Below, piece by piece: positions 1-10,945 of a DNA stretch of 64,000 nucleotides. Position 1 is the stretch's first letter. Each line of letters begins with the position of its first letter. The notes under the pieces were generated by a model. It was not told where the DNA came from. It searched no databases and saw only the letters and a list, made by a program, of their open reading frames with translations. A program made the position numbers and the translations under genes. Source of the stretch: Acidimicrobiia bacterium (GTDB lineage: Bacteria; Actinomycetota; Acidimicrobiia; Spongiisociales; ZC4RG35); the NCBI GenBank assembly GCA_965215185.1, contig OZ244034.1:2112001-2176000 (forward strand). The letters are read 5' to 3'.

Positions 1-644
1 AATTCGGAAAGGCCACCTGCCCGCAAGGTTCGCACCCAGTCGGAATCGAGGTTTTCCAGCATGGCGGAGCGGGTCATCCGCACCGTAAGGGCAGTCCCCT
101 CCGCAGCCAACACGATCGCCGGGAGTATCAACTGTTTGGGTTCACAGCACCCCGCCGAGGGGAGCCAACCCAGCACGCTGGCAAACAGCCAGATACTCAA
201 CAGCGCCAACCAGAAATTGGGGACCGCCATACCTGCCACCGACACGCTCATAATGCCCTGGTCCAAAAACCTATTGCGTCTCACCGCAGCCACAATCCCC
301 AACGGGACCCCCACCAAAAACACCAAAAGGAACGATGCAGCTCCCAGAATCAGACTGTTGCGTCCGTGCTCGATCAGCATCTTGGAGATGAGCGCGTTGT
401 TGGTCAGAGAGTTGCCCAGATCTCCGCTGAGGAGCTTCCCCATGTAGGTAAAATACTGCTGGTAGATGGGATCGTTGAGCCCCAGAACCTCTCGAAAGGT
501 CTCGCGGTCGGCCTGGGTGGCCGAGGCGGGCAGGCGGGCGGCGGTGGCGTCTCCACCGGAGAGACGGACAGCGTAGAAGACCGCCACCGATGACAGCGCC
601 AGGATCACCAGCATGTAGACGGTGCGTTTCGCCAGATATCTCAT
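1..644 (-). CDS. ABC peptide/nickel transporter permease, DppB/OppB family (3' end outside window)
   Basis: Not in ORF track because it runs off the edge. Manual translation from ATG 644: MRYLAKRTVYMLVILALSSVAVFYAVRLSGGD...LGLNDPIYQQYFTYMGKLLSGDLGNS...AVPNFWLALL...RMTRSAMLENLDSDWVRTLRAGGLSE. ATGA overlap with the upstream permease stop. Confidence 0.9.
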   Translation of the reverse strand, partial: MRYLAKRTVYMLVILALSSVAVFYAVRLSGGDATAARLPASATQADRETFREVLGLNDPIYQQYFTYMGKLLSGDLGNSLTNNALISKMLIEHGRNSLILGAASFLLVFLVGVPLGIVAAVRRNRFLDQGIMSVSVAGMAVPNFWLALLSIWLFASVLGWLPSAGCCEPKQLILPAIVLAAEGTALTVRMTRSAMLENLDSDWVRTLRAGGLSE

Positions 645-1612
645 ACCGACTCCACCCCTTTGGCCTCATGGCGAAGCCGAGGATCGAACACGTCCCGCAA
701 GCCGTCACCGATCAAGCTCACCGACAGGACCATCAAAACCAAGGTGAGGCCGGGAACGGTGGTCTCCCAATGGTTGAGTTGCAGGAAGTTGCGGCCTTCC
801 GCCACCATCTGACCCAGGCTGGGCAAAGGTGGCTGAGCGCCCAGTCCAATAAAAGAGAGCGCCGCCTCGGCAATAATGGCCACTGCTATGTAGTAGGAAG
901 CGAGCACCAGAGCAGGCGCCAGAATGTTGGGCAAGAGGTGCTTTCTGATTATCCGCCAGTTGGAGAGCCCCCCGGCTCGGGCGGCTTCTATGAATTCCCG
1001 CTCGGAAAGCGCCAGCACCTCACCCCGTACCACCCGGGCGATCGCCGCCATGTTGACCAATCCCACCGCCAGGATCACCGACAGCAGACCTTCGCCCAGG
1101 CCCCCGGCGAACAACACCGCCACCAAAATCAGCGGGAATCCCCATATGAAATCCATAACACCGCTCAGCGACCGGTCGCTCCACCCACCCCGGTACCCGG
1201 CCAGGGTGCCCAACGCCAAGCCAACCACCAACGCCAGCCCCGTCACTCCCACCGCCACCGCCAAACTCACCCGGATGGCGACAAATAGCCTGATGGCGGT
1301 GTCCCGACCAAGATGATCGGTGCCCAACAGGGCATCCTCGCTAAGAGGCGTGGCGTGGGTGTTGGAGAAGTTAATCAGTTCATAGTCGCCACCGATGATG
1401 ATGGGACCCAGCAGTCCGGTGCCTATCACCAGCACCGCCAGGATCGTCCCCGACAAGAGCAGCCGGTTACGCACCAGGTTCTGCATAGCCCGCCGGAACA
1501 GCGAAACATGCTGGCTCTCTTCGAAGTCCAGCAACCGCTGATTCCACTCAGCGAGGTACGACTCGGGAGTTGAAGCTGTCACTACAGGGTCAGTGTAGAG
1601 GTTTGGATGCAA
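641..1612 (-). CDS. ABC peptide transporter permease, DppC/OppC family
   Basis: LLGTDHLGRD, EFIEAARAGG (EAA motif), HLLPN, EAALSFIGLG, GDGLRDVFDPR. Confidence 0.92.
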   Translation of the reverse strand: MHPNLYTDPVVTASTPESYLAEWNQRLLDFEESQHVSLFRRAMQNLVRNRLLLSGTILAVLVIGTGLLGPIIIGGDYELINFSNTHATPLSEDALLGTDHLGRDTAIRLFVAIRVSLAVAVGVTGLALVVGLALGTLAGYRGGWSDRSLSGVMDFIWGFPLILVAVLFAGGLGEGLLSVILAVGLVNMAAIARVVRGEVLALSEREFIEAARAGGLSNWRIIRKHLLPNILAPALVLASYYIAVAIIAEAALSFIGLGAQPPLPSLGQMVAEGRNFLQLNHWETTVPGLTLVLMVLSVSLIGDGLRDVFDPRLRHEAKGVESV

Positions 1613-1627
1613 GCCATTGACTCACCA

Positions 1628-1670
1628 GAGAGACCTCCGCCCCCGCAAAACGGGAGCGGAGGTCTCTCTC
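1628..1670 (-). terminator. Strong intergenic stem-loop after the solute-binding protein gene (partial terminator or mRNA stabiliser)
   Basis: GAGAGACCTCCGC-CCCCG-CAAAA-CGGGA-GCGGAGGTCTCTC inverted repeat; no U-tract; typical position between SBP and permease genes. Confidence 0.65.
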
Positions 1671-1683
1671 GATCGGATCGGGT

Positions 1684-3471
1684 TTAGGCCTCGATCCAGG
1701 TGTCGTTGTAGTACGGATAGAGAAGCCACACGAAGGGCGCCCAACCTTGCACTCGGTTGTTCTTCACGAAGGTGGCGTTCTGATTGATGAAGGAGATGTT
1801 GGGCAACAGCTCCGCCCACGCCAACTGCAGGTCGGATTGGGCCTTGCGGGCCGCTTCCTGAGTGCCTGCCGTTTGCCAATCGGCGATTGCCTGGTCGATG
1901 CGCTCTTCCCTAGCGTGAGACCAGTTCGGCGAAGGAATCACCGCCGAGTTGCAGAACAACGGGATGATGTCCGCCGAAATCGGCCACAGCCACATGAACA
2001 ATCCGGCGGGAACCTGATCGCTTCCGGCCCGTTCGAACCACACCGCTCGGTCCACCACGTTGACATTGGCTTTGGCCCCGACCACTGAGTACTGGGCGGC
2101 GGCGGCGTTGCCGATGGAGACTTGAAGGGATTCGTTCTCGACCATGAACTCGAACTCGAGGGGGGTGCCGTTGCGAGTTCTCACCCCGTCACTGCCCATT
2201 TCCCAACCGGCGGCGTCGAGCAGACGGTTCGCCTCGTCGACGTCGTAGTTGTTGAGTTGTTCCACGGCCGGCTCGTAGTAGCGGTCGGGAGTGGGGAACG
2301 GACCATAGGTGGCGGCCCCGTTGCCGAACAACAGCGCCTGGACCATGCCCTCACGGTCAATGGCATGAGAAAGCCCGCGGCGCGTCTCCACATCACCAAA
2401 CAACTCGGGGAAGTTCTCCTGGTTCATGAACATGAAATAACCCGACCATTCGGGATGGCGATACACCGTCAAGTCCGGGTTGGACTCCAAACGGGCCAGG
2501 TCCTGGTGCGCGGGGTTGATGAGAGTGTCGATATCACCATTCTCCAACTGGGTGGCGCGCTGTCCTGCTTCGGTGATCACCGACCACCGAATGGCGTCAA
2601 GGTGGGCCGGTCCCTTATTCTCGAAGTAGGGGACGTTGGAGCCGGGGTAGTCGTCCCAGCGAGTCACCAGGGAGTGACTGCCGGGCACCCATTCGGTGTG
2701 CTTGAAGGGACCGGTGCCGTCTACCACCTCTGTTCCGTACGTGGAGGCCACCACGCCTTCGCCGGCCAGGCCGGTTGCATCGTCGTACTGACCCACTTCT
2801 TTCCAAGTGTTGATATTGGCGATCCGCCAGTATCCAGTGGCCAGCGGACCGTAGGTTCCCACCCAGGCGTTGTTCATCTGGGCAATCACCCGATTTCCGT
2901 CCGACGTGTAGGAACCGATGGGGGCGGCCAAGCCGGCAATGAAGCTGAATTTCTGGATGCGATAGAACTCGGCCACATCGGCGGCCGTGATAGTGCCGCC
3001 CGAATGCGACTGGCGATCCTCCACCTCGAACCAGTACTCCAGACCATCATCGGATACGCCGAAGTCTGAGCAGAACTGGGGCACAAAGTTGCCGTCGGGA
3101 TCGATGGTGACAATTGCCTCATAGATGGCGAAATACGCCGGGTCGTACCAGTTGGTGGTGATCGGGTCATGCTTGGAGACGTCCCGGTTGTAGCCCTCCC
3201 GCAAGGTCCCACCCTTGGTGGGCCCCATCGCCATCGCCTCGGTGGTGGTGGGCGCTGCCGCCGCGGCGGTGGTTGCGGGCGCGGCGGTGGTTGCGGGCGC
3301 GGCGGTGGTAGCGGCCGGTTCATCGTCCCCGCCACAGGATGCCAACAGGGCAGCGGCGGCCGTAGCGCCGATTCCGGCTACCCCGACTTTCTTGAGGAAC
3401 TGGCGGCGACTTAGCTTCTTCTGCTGGTATTCATCCAAGATGTTCAGAATCTCAGAACTGTTCTCCGTCAT
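1684..3471 (-). CDS. ABC transporter substrate-binding lipoprotein, family 5 (Opp/Dpp), Tat-exported
   Basis: Twin-arginine SRRQFLKK, lipobox LLASC, Ala/Thr/Pro linker, GGTLR, GTGPF, RRGLSHAIDR, LLDAAGW motifs. Confidence 0.92.
   Translation of the reverse strand: MTENSSEILNILDEYQQKKLSRRQFLKKVGVAGIGATAAAALLASCGGDDEPAATTAAPATTAAPATTAAAAAPTTTEAMAMGPTKGGTLREGYNRDVSKHDPITTNWYDPAYFAIYEAIVTIDPDGNFVPQFCSDFGVSDDGLEYWFEVEDRQSHSGGTITAADVAEFYRIQKFSFIAGLAAPIGSYTSDGNRVIAQMNNAWVGTYGPLATGYWRIANINTWKEVGQYDDATGLAGEGVVASTYGTEVVDGTGPFKHTEWVPGSHSLVTRWDDYPGSNVPYFENKGPAHLDAIRWSVITEAGQRATQLENGDIDTLINPAHQDLARLESNPDLTVYRHPEWSGYFMFMNQENFPELFGDVETRRGLSHAIDREGMVQALLFGNGAATYGPFPTPDRYYEPAVEQLNNYDVDEANRLLDAAGWEMGSDGVRTRNGTPLEFEFMVENESLQVSIGNAAAAQYSVVGAKANVNVVDRAVWFERAGSDQVPAGLFMWLWPISADIIPLFCNSAVIPSPNWSHAREERIDQAIADWQTAGTQEAARKAQSDLQLAWAELLPNISFINQNATFVKNNRVQGWAPFVWLLYPYYNDTWIEA
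3263..3316. repeat. 18-bp coding tandem repeat x3 (PATTAA linker)
   Basis: GCGGCGGTGGTTGCGGGC twice exactly (3263-3298) plus a degenerate third copy (3299-3316). Confidence 0.85.
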
Positions 3472-3735
3472 TGGGCTTACTCCTTGTTGGCAGATTTCTT
3501 TCGCTATTTAGGACCGTCTAGGCCCTTTCTAGGAACTTTGCGGTTCAGGATAGCCAAGCCACCTCAACCGTCTTATTGATCACATAATAATCACTCTTCC
3601 ACAACCTGCCTTTTTCGGCACGGCTATCTGGGTCTGGCCGGTACTCAGGACATGGACCTTTCAAACAGGACGGATCAGCCGTTGCATCTGTTCACATCCT
3701 ATACCATTGCCGGGTAACGACGGAGAGGCCCCCGA

Positions 3736-4542
3736 ATGTGCACTACCGGCGCTTTGCGTACCGACACCGGATACTTGCTGTTCAAAAACAAGGACTTTGG
3801 CCGGGTCGGCTTTGAGGACCGACTGGTGGTCGAAGAGGCGGTGTTCGGCATAGCTGGCGTGGAAACCTGGGCGGGGACCGACCCTGACTTGGACCGATTC
3901 TCAGGTTTCTCGCTGGGCGCCAACCGGCACGGACTGCTGTGCTGCGACTCCAATGTCCGCACCGTCCCCGGCCTGAATTATGACCGTCTTACGGAAATCG
4001 CCCTCCGGGAGGGAACCAATGTTCGAAGCGCCGTGGCGGCGGTGGAAAGGGCGATGAGCCGGGACCCCTACGTGTGGGCGAACCTGGTCATCATCGATCA
4101 GACCGAACTGGCCACGGTGGAAGTGCGGGGACAACAATTCAAAGCGACCCTCCACGGAAACGACCGCATCACCCGTTCCAATCACCATGTGGAACTGGGC
4201 GCCACCCCGGAAGACGACGACACTGTCACCACCGAGCCGCGCCTGCGGTCGGCATCCCGTCGTATCCGCCACGCCCGTTGCCTATCGGACATCTTCGAAC
4301 TGCAGGAATCTCATGACGATGGCCGCAGCGGCATCTGCAACCACACCTCCTACGACACCGTCTACTCCTATGTGTTCGAACGCCGTGACGAGTCGACCTT
4401 CCTTCACGTCACCCAGGGCAAACCCTGTGAGAATCCGAAGCGTCTGGCTCTCCGCATCCCGTTGGGATCGGAGTGGAACCCCGCCGCCATCACCGCCTTC
4501 TTGGATGCCTACCCGTCAACGAGAGTCCCTGCCCTGGTCTGA
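3736..4542 (+). CDS. Ntn-hydrolase, peptidase C45 / acyl-CoA:6-APA acyltransferase-like
   Basis: N-terminal nucleophile Cys after Met (MCTT), LLFKNKDF, GANRHGL, ITRSNHH, GICNH. Confidence 0.75.
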   Translation: MCTTGALRTDTGYLLFKNKDFGRVGFEDRLVVEEAVFGIAGVETWAGTDPDLDRFSGFSLGANRHGLLCCDSNVRTVPGLNYDRLTEIALREGTNVRSAVAAVERAMSRDPYVWANLVIIDQTELATVEVRGQQFKATLHGNDRITRSNHHVELGATPEDDDTVTTEPRLRSASRRIRHARCLSDIFELQESHDDGRSGICNHTSYDTVYSYVFERRDESTFLHVTQGKPCENPKRLALRIPLGSEWNPAAITAFLDAYPSTRVPALV

Positions 4543-4556
4543 GTACAGTCTGCGGC

Positions 4557-6011
4557 TCAGAGATAAGTGGCTGATTCGACCAGGTGGAGGAGCGGCTGGG
4601 GGAAAATGCCCATAACCAAAGTGAAGGCGGTGGCCACGCCCAGCGCCCAGAAGGTGGGCCTGTCACATAGCACCGGATCGTCGGTGGCGGGAGACTGCAG
4701 GTACATGATCACGACCACCTTCAGGTAAAGATATATCGCCACCGCTGATGCCAGCACCGCCACCACCACCAGCCACTCCAGGCCTCCCCTCCATGCATCA
4801 AGAAAGACACCCAGCTTGGCAACGAACCCGGTGGTGAGGGGCATGCCCGCCATCCCCAGCAGCGAAACCGATAGGACCACCGCCAAGAAGGGTGACCGTC
4901 GGTACAGGCCCCGGTAGTCGGAAAGATCCGAGCCTGAGGAGACCGCTCCTGCCACCACCGAGATCACCGAGAAGGCCGCCACCAACTGCACCGTGTACAC
5001 CGCCAGATAGAACCAGACCGAAGATGATCCCCGGGAACCCGTGGCCAGACCAGTCAGGATGTATCCGGCGTGAGCCACACCCGAATAGGCGAGCAGGCGC
5101 CTGATATCGGTCGAGATAATCGCCATCACCGCTCCCACCATCATCGAAAGGGCGGCGATCCCCGCCACGATCGGGGCCCAGTCCACCCGGAAACTCTCGA
5201 AACCGGTGAGAAGCACTCTGCTCAGCGCCGCAAAGCCGCCGACTTTCGCCACCGCCGCCATGTAGCCCACTATCCCCGCCGGGGCGCCCTGGTAGACGTC
5301 CGGCGCCCACACATGAAACGGTGCGGCCGCCACCTTGAAGGAAAGGCCGACCGTCATCAGGCCGATACCAATCAGGAGAACCGCCGGAGAGAGCACCACA
5401 TTCTGGGACAGGAACGCTCCGATACTCCCCAGTCCCAACAACCCTGTACCGGCAAACACCAAAGCGGCGCCGTAGATGAACACCGCCGACGCCACCGCTC
5501 CCAGCAAGAGGTACTTAAGGGCCGCCTCATCGGAACGCACCCCGTCGCCTGAAATCCCCGCCAGGATGTATAGGGAGATCGAACCCATCTCTAGTCCCAG
5601 AAACATCATCACCAGGTTCTGGGAGGCCGCCATCAGAACGAATCCGGCCGAAGCCAACAGCACCAATGCCAATCCCTCCGCCGCCCGATTCCTCAACGCA
5701 GAGATCAAGCTTCTGCCCGACGACATGGCCAGAATGGAGACCACCAGCACCACCAGCCGAGCCAAGGCCGCCGGTCGATCGAAAACCAGCATCTCAGCGA
5801 AAACCGGTTGGCCTCCCGGAACCGCCGCGCTCCACTGCCACACGCCCAATGCCAAGGCCACTCCCATGATCAACAGGGCTACTTTCCACAAGAACCCCGC
5901 CCCGGGTCTGCGCTGCACGTCGAGCAGCAACAACGCCACTGCTCCCATTACCAATACCAACTCCGGTGCCAGGGCCGCCCAGGCGATTTCAGGAAAAGTG
6001 TTGGAGATCAA
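4557..6011 (-). CDS. nuoN: NADH-quinone oxidoreductase subunit N
   Basis: EAALKYLLLGA, FKVAAAPFHVWAPDVYQGAP, RLLAYSGVAHAGY; operon order. Confidence 0.96.
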   Translation of the reverse strand: MISNTFPEIAWAALAPELVLVMGAVALLLLDVQRRPGAGFLWKVALLIMGVALALGVWQWSAAVPGGQPVFAEMLVFDRPAALARLVVLVVSILAMSSGRSLISALRNRAAEGLALVLLASAGFVLMAASQNLVMMFLGLEMGSISLYILAGISGDGVRSDEAALKYLLLGAVASAVFIYGAALVFAGTGLLGLGSIGAFLSQNVVLSPAVLLIGIGLMTVGLSFKVAAAPFHVWAPDVYQGAPAGIVGYMAAVAKVGGFAALSRVLLTGFESFRVDWAPIVAGIAALSMMVGAVMAIISTDIRRLLAYSGVAHAGYILTGLATGSRGSSSVWFYLAVYTVQLVAAFSVISVVAGAVSSGSDLSDYRGLYRRSPFLAVVLSVSLLGMAGMPLTTGFVAKLGVFLDAWRGGLEWLVVVAVLASAVAIYLYLKVVVIMYLQSPATDDPVLCDRPTFWALGVATAFTLVMGIFPQPLLHLVESATYL

Positions 6012-7555
6012 TGTTCACCGTCCTCGGGTAGGGAGACGAACACATCCGCCAACCGCCCCGGCGAGGGGGCCTGGTAGTCGGTGGTCTGCTCGATGCGGTC
6101 CAAGATCGCCTCTACCGAAGGTGCGGTTCGGTCAAGAAGAATGCTCGGATAGAGCCCCAGCAGCAACACCAGAGCTGCCAGTGGCGCCAGAATCGCCATC
6201 TCCTTGGGGGAAAGGTCTACCACTTTCCGGTTTTCGGCTCGCGTCAATGGACCGGTGAACACCCGTTGGTAGGCCCACAACATGTAGATGGCGGCCAGGA
6301 CCACCCCGAAGGCCGCCACGACCGTCAAGGCGGGGAGGGAGGGGAAACTCCCTATCAGCACCAGGAACTCCCCGACGAACCCGTTGAGACCGGGAAGACC
6401 GATGGAGGCGAAAGCCATGAACAGGAAAAACCCCGCCATGAAGGGCGCGGGGCTGGCCAGACCCCCAAAATCACTGATCTGTTTGGTGTGGCGGCGGTCA
6501 TAGAGCATCCCCACCAGTAAGAAGAGCGCCCCGGTGGTCAGCCCGTGATTGACGTTCTGAATGACCGCCCCCTGCAAACCCGCGGAGGTAAGTGCAAAAA
6601 TGCCCAGAACCACAAACCCGAGGTGGCTCACCGATGAATAGGCGACCAGTTTCTTGAGGTCAGGTTGCACGATTGCCACCACCGCCCCGTAGATGATCCC
6701 CACCACGGCCAACACAGCCATCACCGGAACCAAAGTGACCGTCGCCTCCGGAAAAAGGGCGAGATTGAATCGAAGCAGACCGTAGGTCCCCAGCTTCAGC
6801 AGTACTCCGGCCAAAAGCACCGAGCCGGCGGTGGGTGCTTCCACATGGGCGTCGGGAAGCCAGGTGTGGAAGGGAAAAAGGGGCACCTTTATCGCAAACG
6901 CCAGGGCGAATGCACCGAATAGCCACATCTGGGCAGTGGACGAGATGTCCAGATTGAGCAGCATCAGATAGTCGAAACTAAGTAACCCGTCTGGGCTCTG
7001 TGAGGAATGCATGACAGCCAAGGCGATAATCGCCGCCAACAACAGCGCCGAACCGAACGCCGTATAGATGAAGAACTTGACCGCCGCGTACACCCGGCGT
7101 TTACCTCCCCACACCCCGATGATCAGGTACATGGGCACCAGGATCACCTCAAAAAACGCGAAGAACAGCAATAGGTCCAGAGCCAGGAAGCTTCCTATCA
7201 GACCCGTCTCCAAAAAGAGCATGGCCACCACAAAGGCCTTGCGCCGATGGGATATGGAGTCGGAGGCGGCCAGACTGAGCGGGAACAACAGGGCGGTGAG
7301 CGCCACCATTCCCAAAGAGATGCCGTCTACCCCCAAATGCCAAGACACTCCCCAAGGCTCCCACCAGACCGCCTTCTCAACCATCTGAAAAGAGGCCTCT
7401 CCCGTTTCGAAGGAGAAAAACAGAGCGGCGGCCACCCCCAGCGGAGCCACCGACAGGGCCATGCCGAGCGGAAGGAGCAACTCTTGGCGACGGGCCGGAA
7501 TCAAAGAGATCACCACCGCTCCCAAGAGAGGCAGCAGCACCAATAGGGTCAGCAT
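6008..7555 (-). CDS. nuoM: NADH-quinone oxidoreductase subunit M
   Basis: IKVPLFPFHTWLPDAHVEAPTAGSVLLAGVLLKLGTYG, DLKKLVAYSSVSHLG. Confidence 0.97.
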   Translation of the reverse strand: MLTLLVLLPLLGAVVISLIPARRQELLLPLGMALSVAPLGVAAALFFSFETGEASFQMVEKAVWWEPWGVSWHLGVDGISLGMVALTALLFPLSLAASDSISHRRKAFVVAMLFLETGLIGSFLALDLLLFFAFFEVILVPMYLIIGVWGGKRRVYAAVKFFIYTAFGSALLLAAIIALAVMHSSQSPDGLLSFDYLMLLNLDISSTAQMWLFGAFALAFAIKVPLFPFHTWLPDAHVEAPTAGSVLLAGVLLKLGTYGLLRFNLALFPEATVTLVPVMAVLAVVGIIYGAVVAIVQPDLKKLVAYSSVSHLGFVVLGIFALTSAGLQGAVIQNVNHGLTTGALFLLVGMLYDRRHTKQISDFGGLASPAPFMAGFFLFMAFASIGLPGLNGFVGEFLVLIGSFPSLPALTVVAAFGVVLAAIYMLWAYQRVFTGPLTRAENRKVVDLSPKEMAILAPLAALVLLLGLYPSILLDRTAPSVEAILDRIEQTTDYQAPSPGRLADVFVSLPEDGEH

Positions 7556-7565
7556 ATTGCCTCGC

Positions 7566-9467
7566 TCACGCTCCGCCCCTCACCACTATCCACACCAGCA
7601 AAGCCAGAAGCCCCAGCCCAAACCACAACCCGTACTGGCGGATCAGACCGCTTTGAGCCGGCCGAATCATGCGGCCCGTTGCCTGGACCAGGCGGGCTAC
7701 TCCGTTTACAGCCCCGTCCACTACCTTCACATCCACCCGAAAAGCGGTGAACTCGGATAGCCGACGGCCGGGGGTGACAAAGGCGGCCCCATAGGCGTCG
7801 TCCACCCGATAGGCGTTTTCCCACCATCCCCACACCCTTCCGAACCCCGTTTGGAAGCGCTGCCAGCCATCCGTGGGACGGTGATAGGCGAAGTAGGCCA
7901 TGCCGGCGCCCACCACCCCCGCCGCCACCGAGAGGACCGCCAAAACCAGAACCAGGCTGACCCCTTCGGAAGGATGGCCGATCGTAATCCCCTCGAAGGA
8001 AGGCTCCAGAAAATGTTCCAAAGCCAGCCGGAACGGAGTATTCACCAATCCCCCCACCACCGCCAAAGCGGCCAGGATAATCAGCGGGATGGTCATCGAG
8101 CGAGGAGACTCGTGGGGTGTCACCCCCTCAGGCCACCGGGGTTTACCCAAGAAAACCAATACGAATTGGCGGAACATGTAAAAGGCGGTGAGGAGGGCGG
8201 TGATCAGCCCCACCAACCACAGGGCAGTGAACCAACCCCCCTGATTGAATACCACGCCCAGGATCTCGTCTTTCGACCAGAAGCCTGCCAAGGGAGGGAA
8301 CCCGGCAATGGCCGCCACGCCCACCCCCATGGTGGCAAAGGTGACAGGCATGGCCTTTCTCAGCCCTCCCATCTGCTCCATGTTTTGATGTCCCCCCATG
8401 GCGTGGATCACCGAACCCGCCGCCAAAAACAGCAGGGCCTTGAAAAAGGCATGGGTCATCAGATGAAAAACCCCGGCCACATAGGCCGTCGCGCCCACCG
8501 CCAAGAACATGTAGCCCAATTGGCTGATGGTGGAATAGGCCAGCACCCGTTTGATGTCCGATTGCCCGATGGCGATGGTCGCCGCCCATAAGGCGGTGAG
8601 CGCCCCCACCGCCGCCACCACCCCGGAGGCCACCGGAGTCAACTCGAAAATCGGAGCGGAGCGGGCGATCACGTACACCCCGGCGGTGACCATGGTGGCG
8701 GCGTGGATGAGAGCCGAAACAGGAGTGGGCCCCTCCATGGCATCCGGCAACCACACATATAACGGAATTTGCGCCGATTTGCCGATGGCCCCGGTGGCCA
8801 GCATCAGCCCGATGAGAGTGGGCGCCCATCCGCTCAATTCTTCTGCGGCCCGCCCGAACACGCCGGAATAGGACAAGGTCCCAAAGGCGTTGAAGACCAG
8901 CATCAGGGCTATGAGGAAGCCGAAATCGCCGATCCGGTTCACCACGAACGCTTTCTTTCCCGCCGATGCGGCGGAGGGACGGGTGAACCAAAAGGAGATC
9001 AGAAGGTAGGAGCACAGACCCACCAACTCCCATCCCACGAACAGCATGGCGTAGTTTCCGGCCAGAACCAGGATCAGCATCGAAGCAGTGAAGAGATTGA
9101 GATAGGTGAAGAAGCGGGCGAAACGAGGATCAGAATGCATGTATCCCACCGAATAGATGTGGATCAGCGAACCCACCCCGGTCACAACCAGGGTCATCAG
9201 AGCAGAAAGGGGATCCCAGAGAATCTCGAAGGAGGCTCCCACTGCCGGCATCCATTCCCACAACAGCGACTGTGCGGGGTGGCCGTCCCCGGCAAAGAAA
9301 GGCGCCGCCGCCAGCGCCGCCAGCGCAAAGGCGGCCAGGCTAGCCGCACAGGCCAGGTATCCCGCGCGGGGCTCTCCCAGCCACCGTCCTGCAAAGTGCA
9401 AGACCACCGCCCCCCCGAGAGGGAAGGCGATTACCAGCCAAAGCGCCTCAGTGGGAAGCTCGATCAT
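7566..9467 (-). CDS. nuoL: NADH-quinone oxidoreductase subunit L
   Basis: [41 protein letters not shown]; start moved to ATG 9467 overlapping the nuoK stop. Confidence 0.96.
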   Translation of the reverse strand: MIELPTEALWLVIAFPLGGAVVLHFAGRWLGEPRAGYLACAASLAAFALAALAAAPFFAGDGHPAQSLLWEWMPAVGASFEILWDPLSALMTLVVTGVGSLIHIYSVGYMHSDPRFARFFTYLNLFTASMLILVLAGNYAMLFVGWELVGLCSYLLISFWFTRPSAASAGKKAFVVNRIGDFGFLIALMLVFNAFGTLSYSGVFGRAAEELSGWAPTLIGLMLATGAIGKSAQIPLYVWLPDAMEGPTPVSALIHAATMVTAGVYVIARSAPIFELTPVASGVVAAVGALTALWAATIAIGQSDIKRVLAYSTISQLGYMFLAVGATAYVAGVFHLMTHAFFKALLFLAAGSVIHAMGGHQNMEQMGGLRKAMPVTFATMGVGVAAIAGFPPLAGFWSKDEILGVVFNQGGWFTALWLVGLITALLTAFYMFRQFVLVFLGKPRWPEGVTPHESPRSMTIPLIILAALAVVGGLVNTPFRLALEHFLEPSFEGITIGHPSEGVSLVLVLAVLSVAAGVVGAGMAYFAYHRPTDGWQRFQTGFGRVWGWWENAYRVDDAYGAAFVTPGRRLSEFTAFRVDVKVVDGAVNGVARLVQATGRMIRPAQSGLIRQYGLWFGLGLLALLVWIVVRGGA

Positions 9468-9775
9468 CCCCGCAGCGCCGCCAACTCGTCGACCGAGGCG
9501 GTCTCCCGCCTCCTGAATATGGCGACGATTATCGCCAGACCCACCACCACCTCGGCGGCCGCCACCACCAGTACGAAGAAGACCGCCACCTGCCCGTCCA
9601 ACACTCCGGCCGCGCGGCCAGCCGCAACAAAGGTGAGGTTGACCGCGTTGAGCATCAGCTCCACGCACATGAACATAACCAGTGCGTTACGCCTGATCAG
9701 GACCCCGGTCATCCCCAGCATGAACAAGACCGCGGCCAGCGTCATGTACCAGCCGGGAGTGACGGTCAACATCAC
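9464..9775 (-). CDS. nuoK: NADH-quinone oxidoreductase subunit K
   Basis: [32 protein letters not shown]. Confidence 0.96.
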   Translation of the reverse strand: MMLTVTPGWYMTLAAVLFMLGMTGVLIRRNALVMFMCVELMLNAVNLTFVAAGRAAGVLDGQVAVFFVLVVAAAEVVVGLAIIVAIFRRRETASVDELAALRG

Positions 9776-10305
9776 TTCTCCGCCGGCTCTTCGCCAGACC
9801 TACGGTGGAAGGCCAGGGCGATCGCCCCCACCGCCGCGATAGTCAGCAACACCGCGGTTATCTCCACACCCACCACCCAGTCAGTGAATAGCTCTCCTCC
9901 CAGAGCCTGAACAGTGCCGTTGGGTATCCCGACCGTTCCCGACGAGGCCGGAGTCCAGGAGAACCTGCCCCTCGACACCAGAACGGCCGCGCCCAGGACT
10001 GCGGCAGTGGCCAGTCCGGCCACCAGCTTGCGCTGGAACGGGATGGTCTCAGAAGTGTCCTCGGAGCGGTCCACTCCGATGAACATGATCACAAACAAAA
10101 ACAGGGTGAGCACTGCCCCGGCATACACCACCACCTGCACCGCCGCCACCAGATGGGCCAGGTTGACCACGTAGATCACCGCCAGTGAAACCAAGGAGCC
10201 CAACATTCCCAGGGCCGATCGGACCGGGTTGCGAGCCAGGACCACGGTAAAACCACCTGCCAATGTCCCCGCCCCCATCAGCACGAAGACCACCAGTTCA
10301 ACCAT
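9772..10305 (-). CDS. nuoJ: NADH-quinone oxidoreductase subunit J
   Basis: [27 protein letters not shown]; start set to ATG 10305 (MVELVVF). Confidence 0.93.
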   Translation of the reverse strand: MVELVVFVLMGAGTLAGGFTVVLARNPVRSALGMLGSLVSLAVIYVVNLAHLVAAVQVVVYAGAVLTLFLFVIMFIGVDRSEDTSETIPFQRKLVAGLATAAVLGAAVLVSRGRFSWTPASSGTVGIPNGTVQALGGELFTDWVVGVEITAVLLTIAAVGAIALAFHRRSGEEPAEK

Positions 10306-10936
10306 CGGGCGAATCCCTGGTTTCCTGATCCGGTTCGGGCTCCCAGGAAGCGGGGCCCGGGGTGGATTGCCACATCCGCTCTCCCTCATAGGCCGCCACC
10401 CCGCTGGGCGAGGTGGCGCGGAGCCACCCGTCGGCTGCATCCAACTCGGATAAGTCGGCGTAGGGGTCCTCTTGGTAAATGTGGGGAACTGATCCGTCCT
10501 CTGCCATCAGCAGTTCGTCCTTGGTATGGATGGCGTCATTGCGGTTGGTGACCGACATCTCGAAAAGATGGGTCATGGTGATGGCCTCGGTGGGACAGGC
10601 CTCCACGCACAAACCACAGAAAATGCAGCGCAACATGTTTATCTCATACACATACCCAAAGCGCTCCCCGGGGCTTTGGGGGTCATCAGGCGGGTTGTCG
10701 GCGCCACGAACATAAATGCATTGAGCGGGACAGGCCCCCGCGCACAGCTCGCACCCTATGCACTTTTCCATCCCGTCGGGGTAGCGGTTGAGAACGTGCC
10801 GGCCGTGGAAACGTACCGGCTTTTCCCGCATCTCGGAGGGATATAGGGTGGTGACAATGTCCTTGCCGAACAGGCCCCGTAGGCCGATCCATCCGGTTAC
10901 CTTGAAACCCTTCCAGAAATCCTTCAGTACTCCCAC
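10298..10936 (-). CDS. nuoI: NADH-quinone oxidoreductase subunit I
   Basis: RFHGRH and two ferredoxin motifs [12 protein letters not shown] / [12 protein letters not shown]. Confidence 0.97.
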   Translation of the reverse strand: MGVLKDFWKGFKVTGWIGLRGLFGKDIVTTLYPSEMREKPVRFHGRHVLNRYPDGMEKCIGCELCAGACPAQCIYVRGADNPPDDPQSPGERFGYVYEINMLRCIFCGLCVEACPTEAITMTHLFEMSVTNRNDAIHTKDELLMAEDGSVPHIYQEDPYADLSELDAADGWLRATSPSGVAAYEGERMWQSTPGPASWEPEPDQETRDSPDG

Positions 10937-10945
10937 ATTTTCTCC

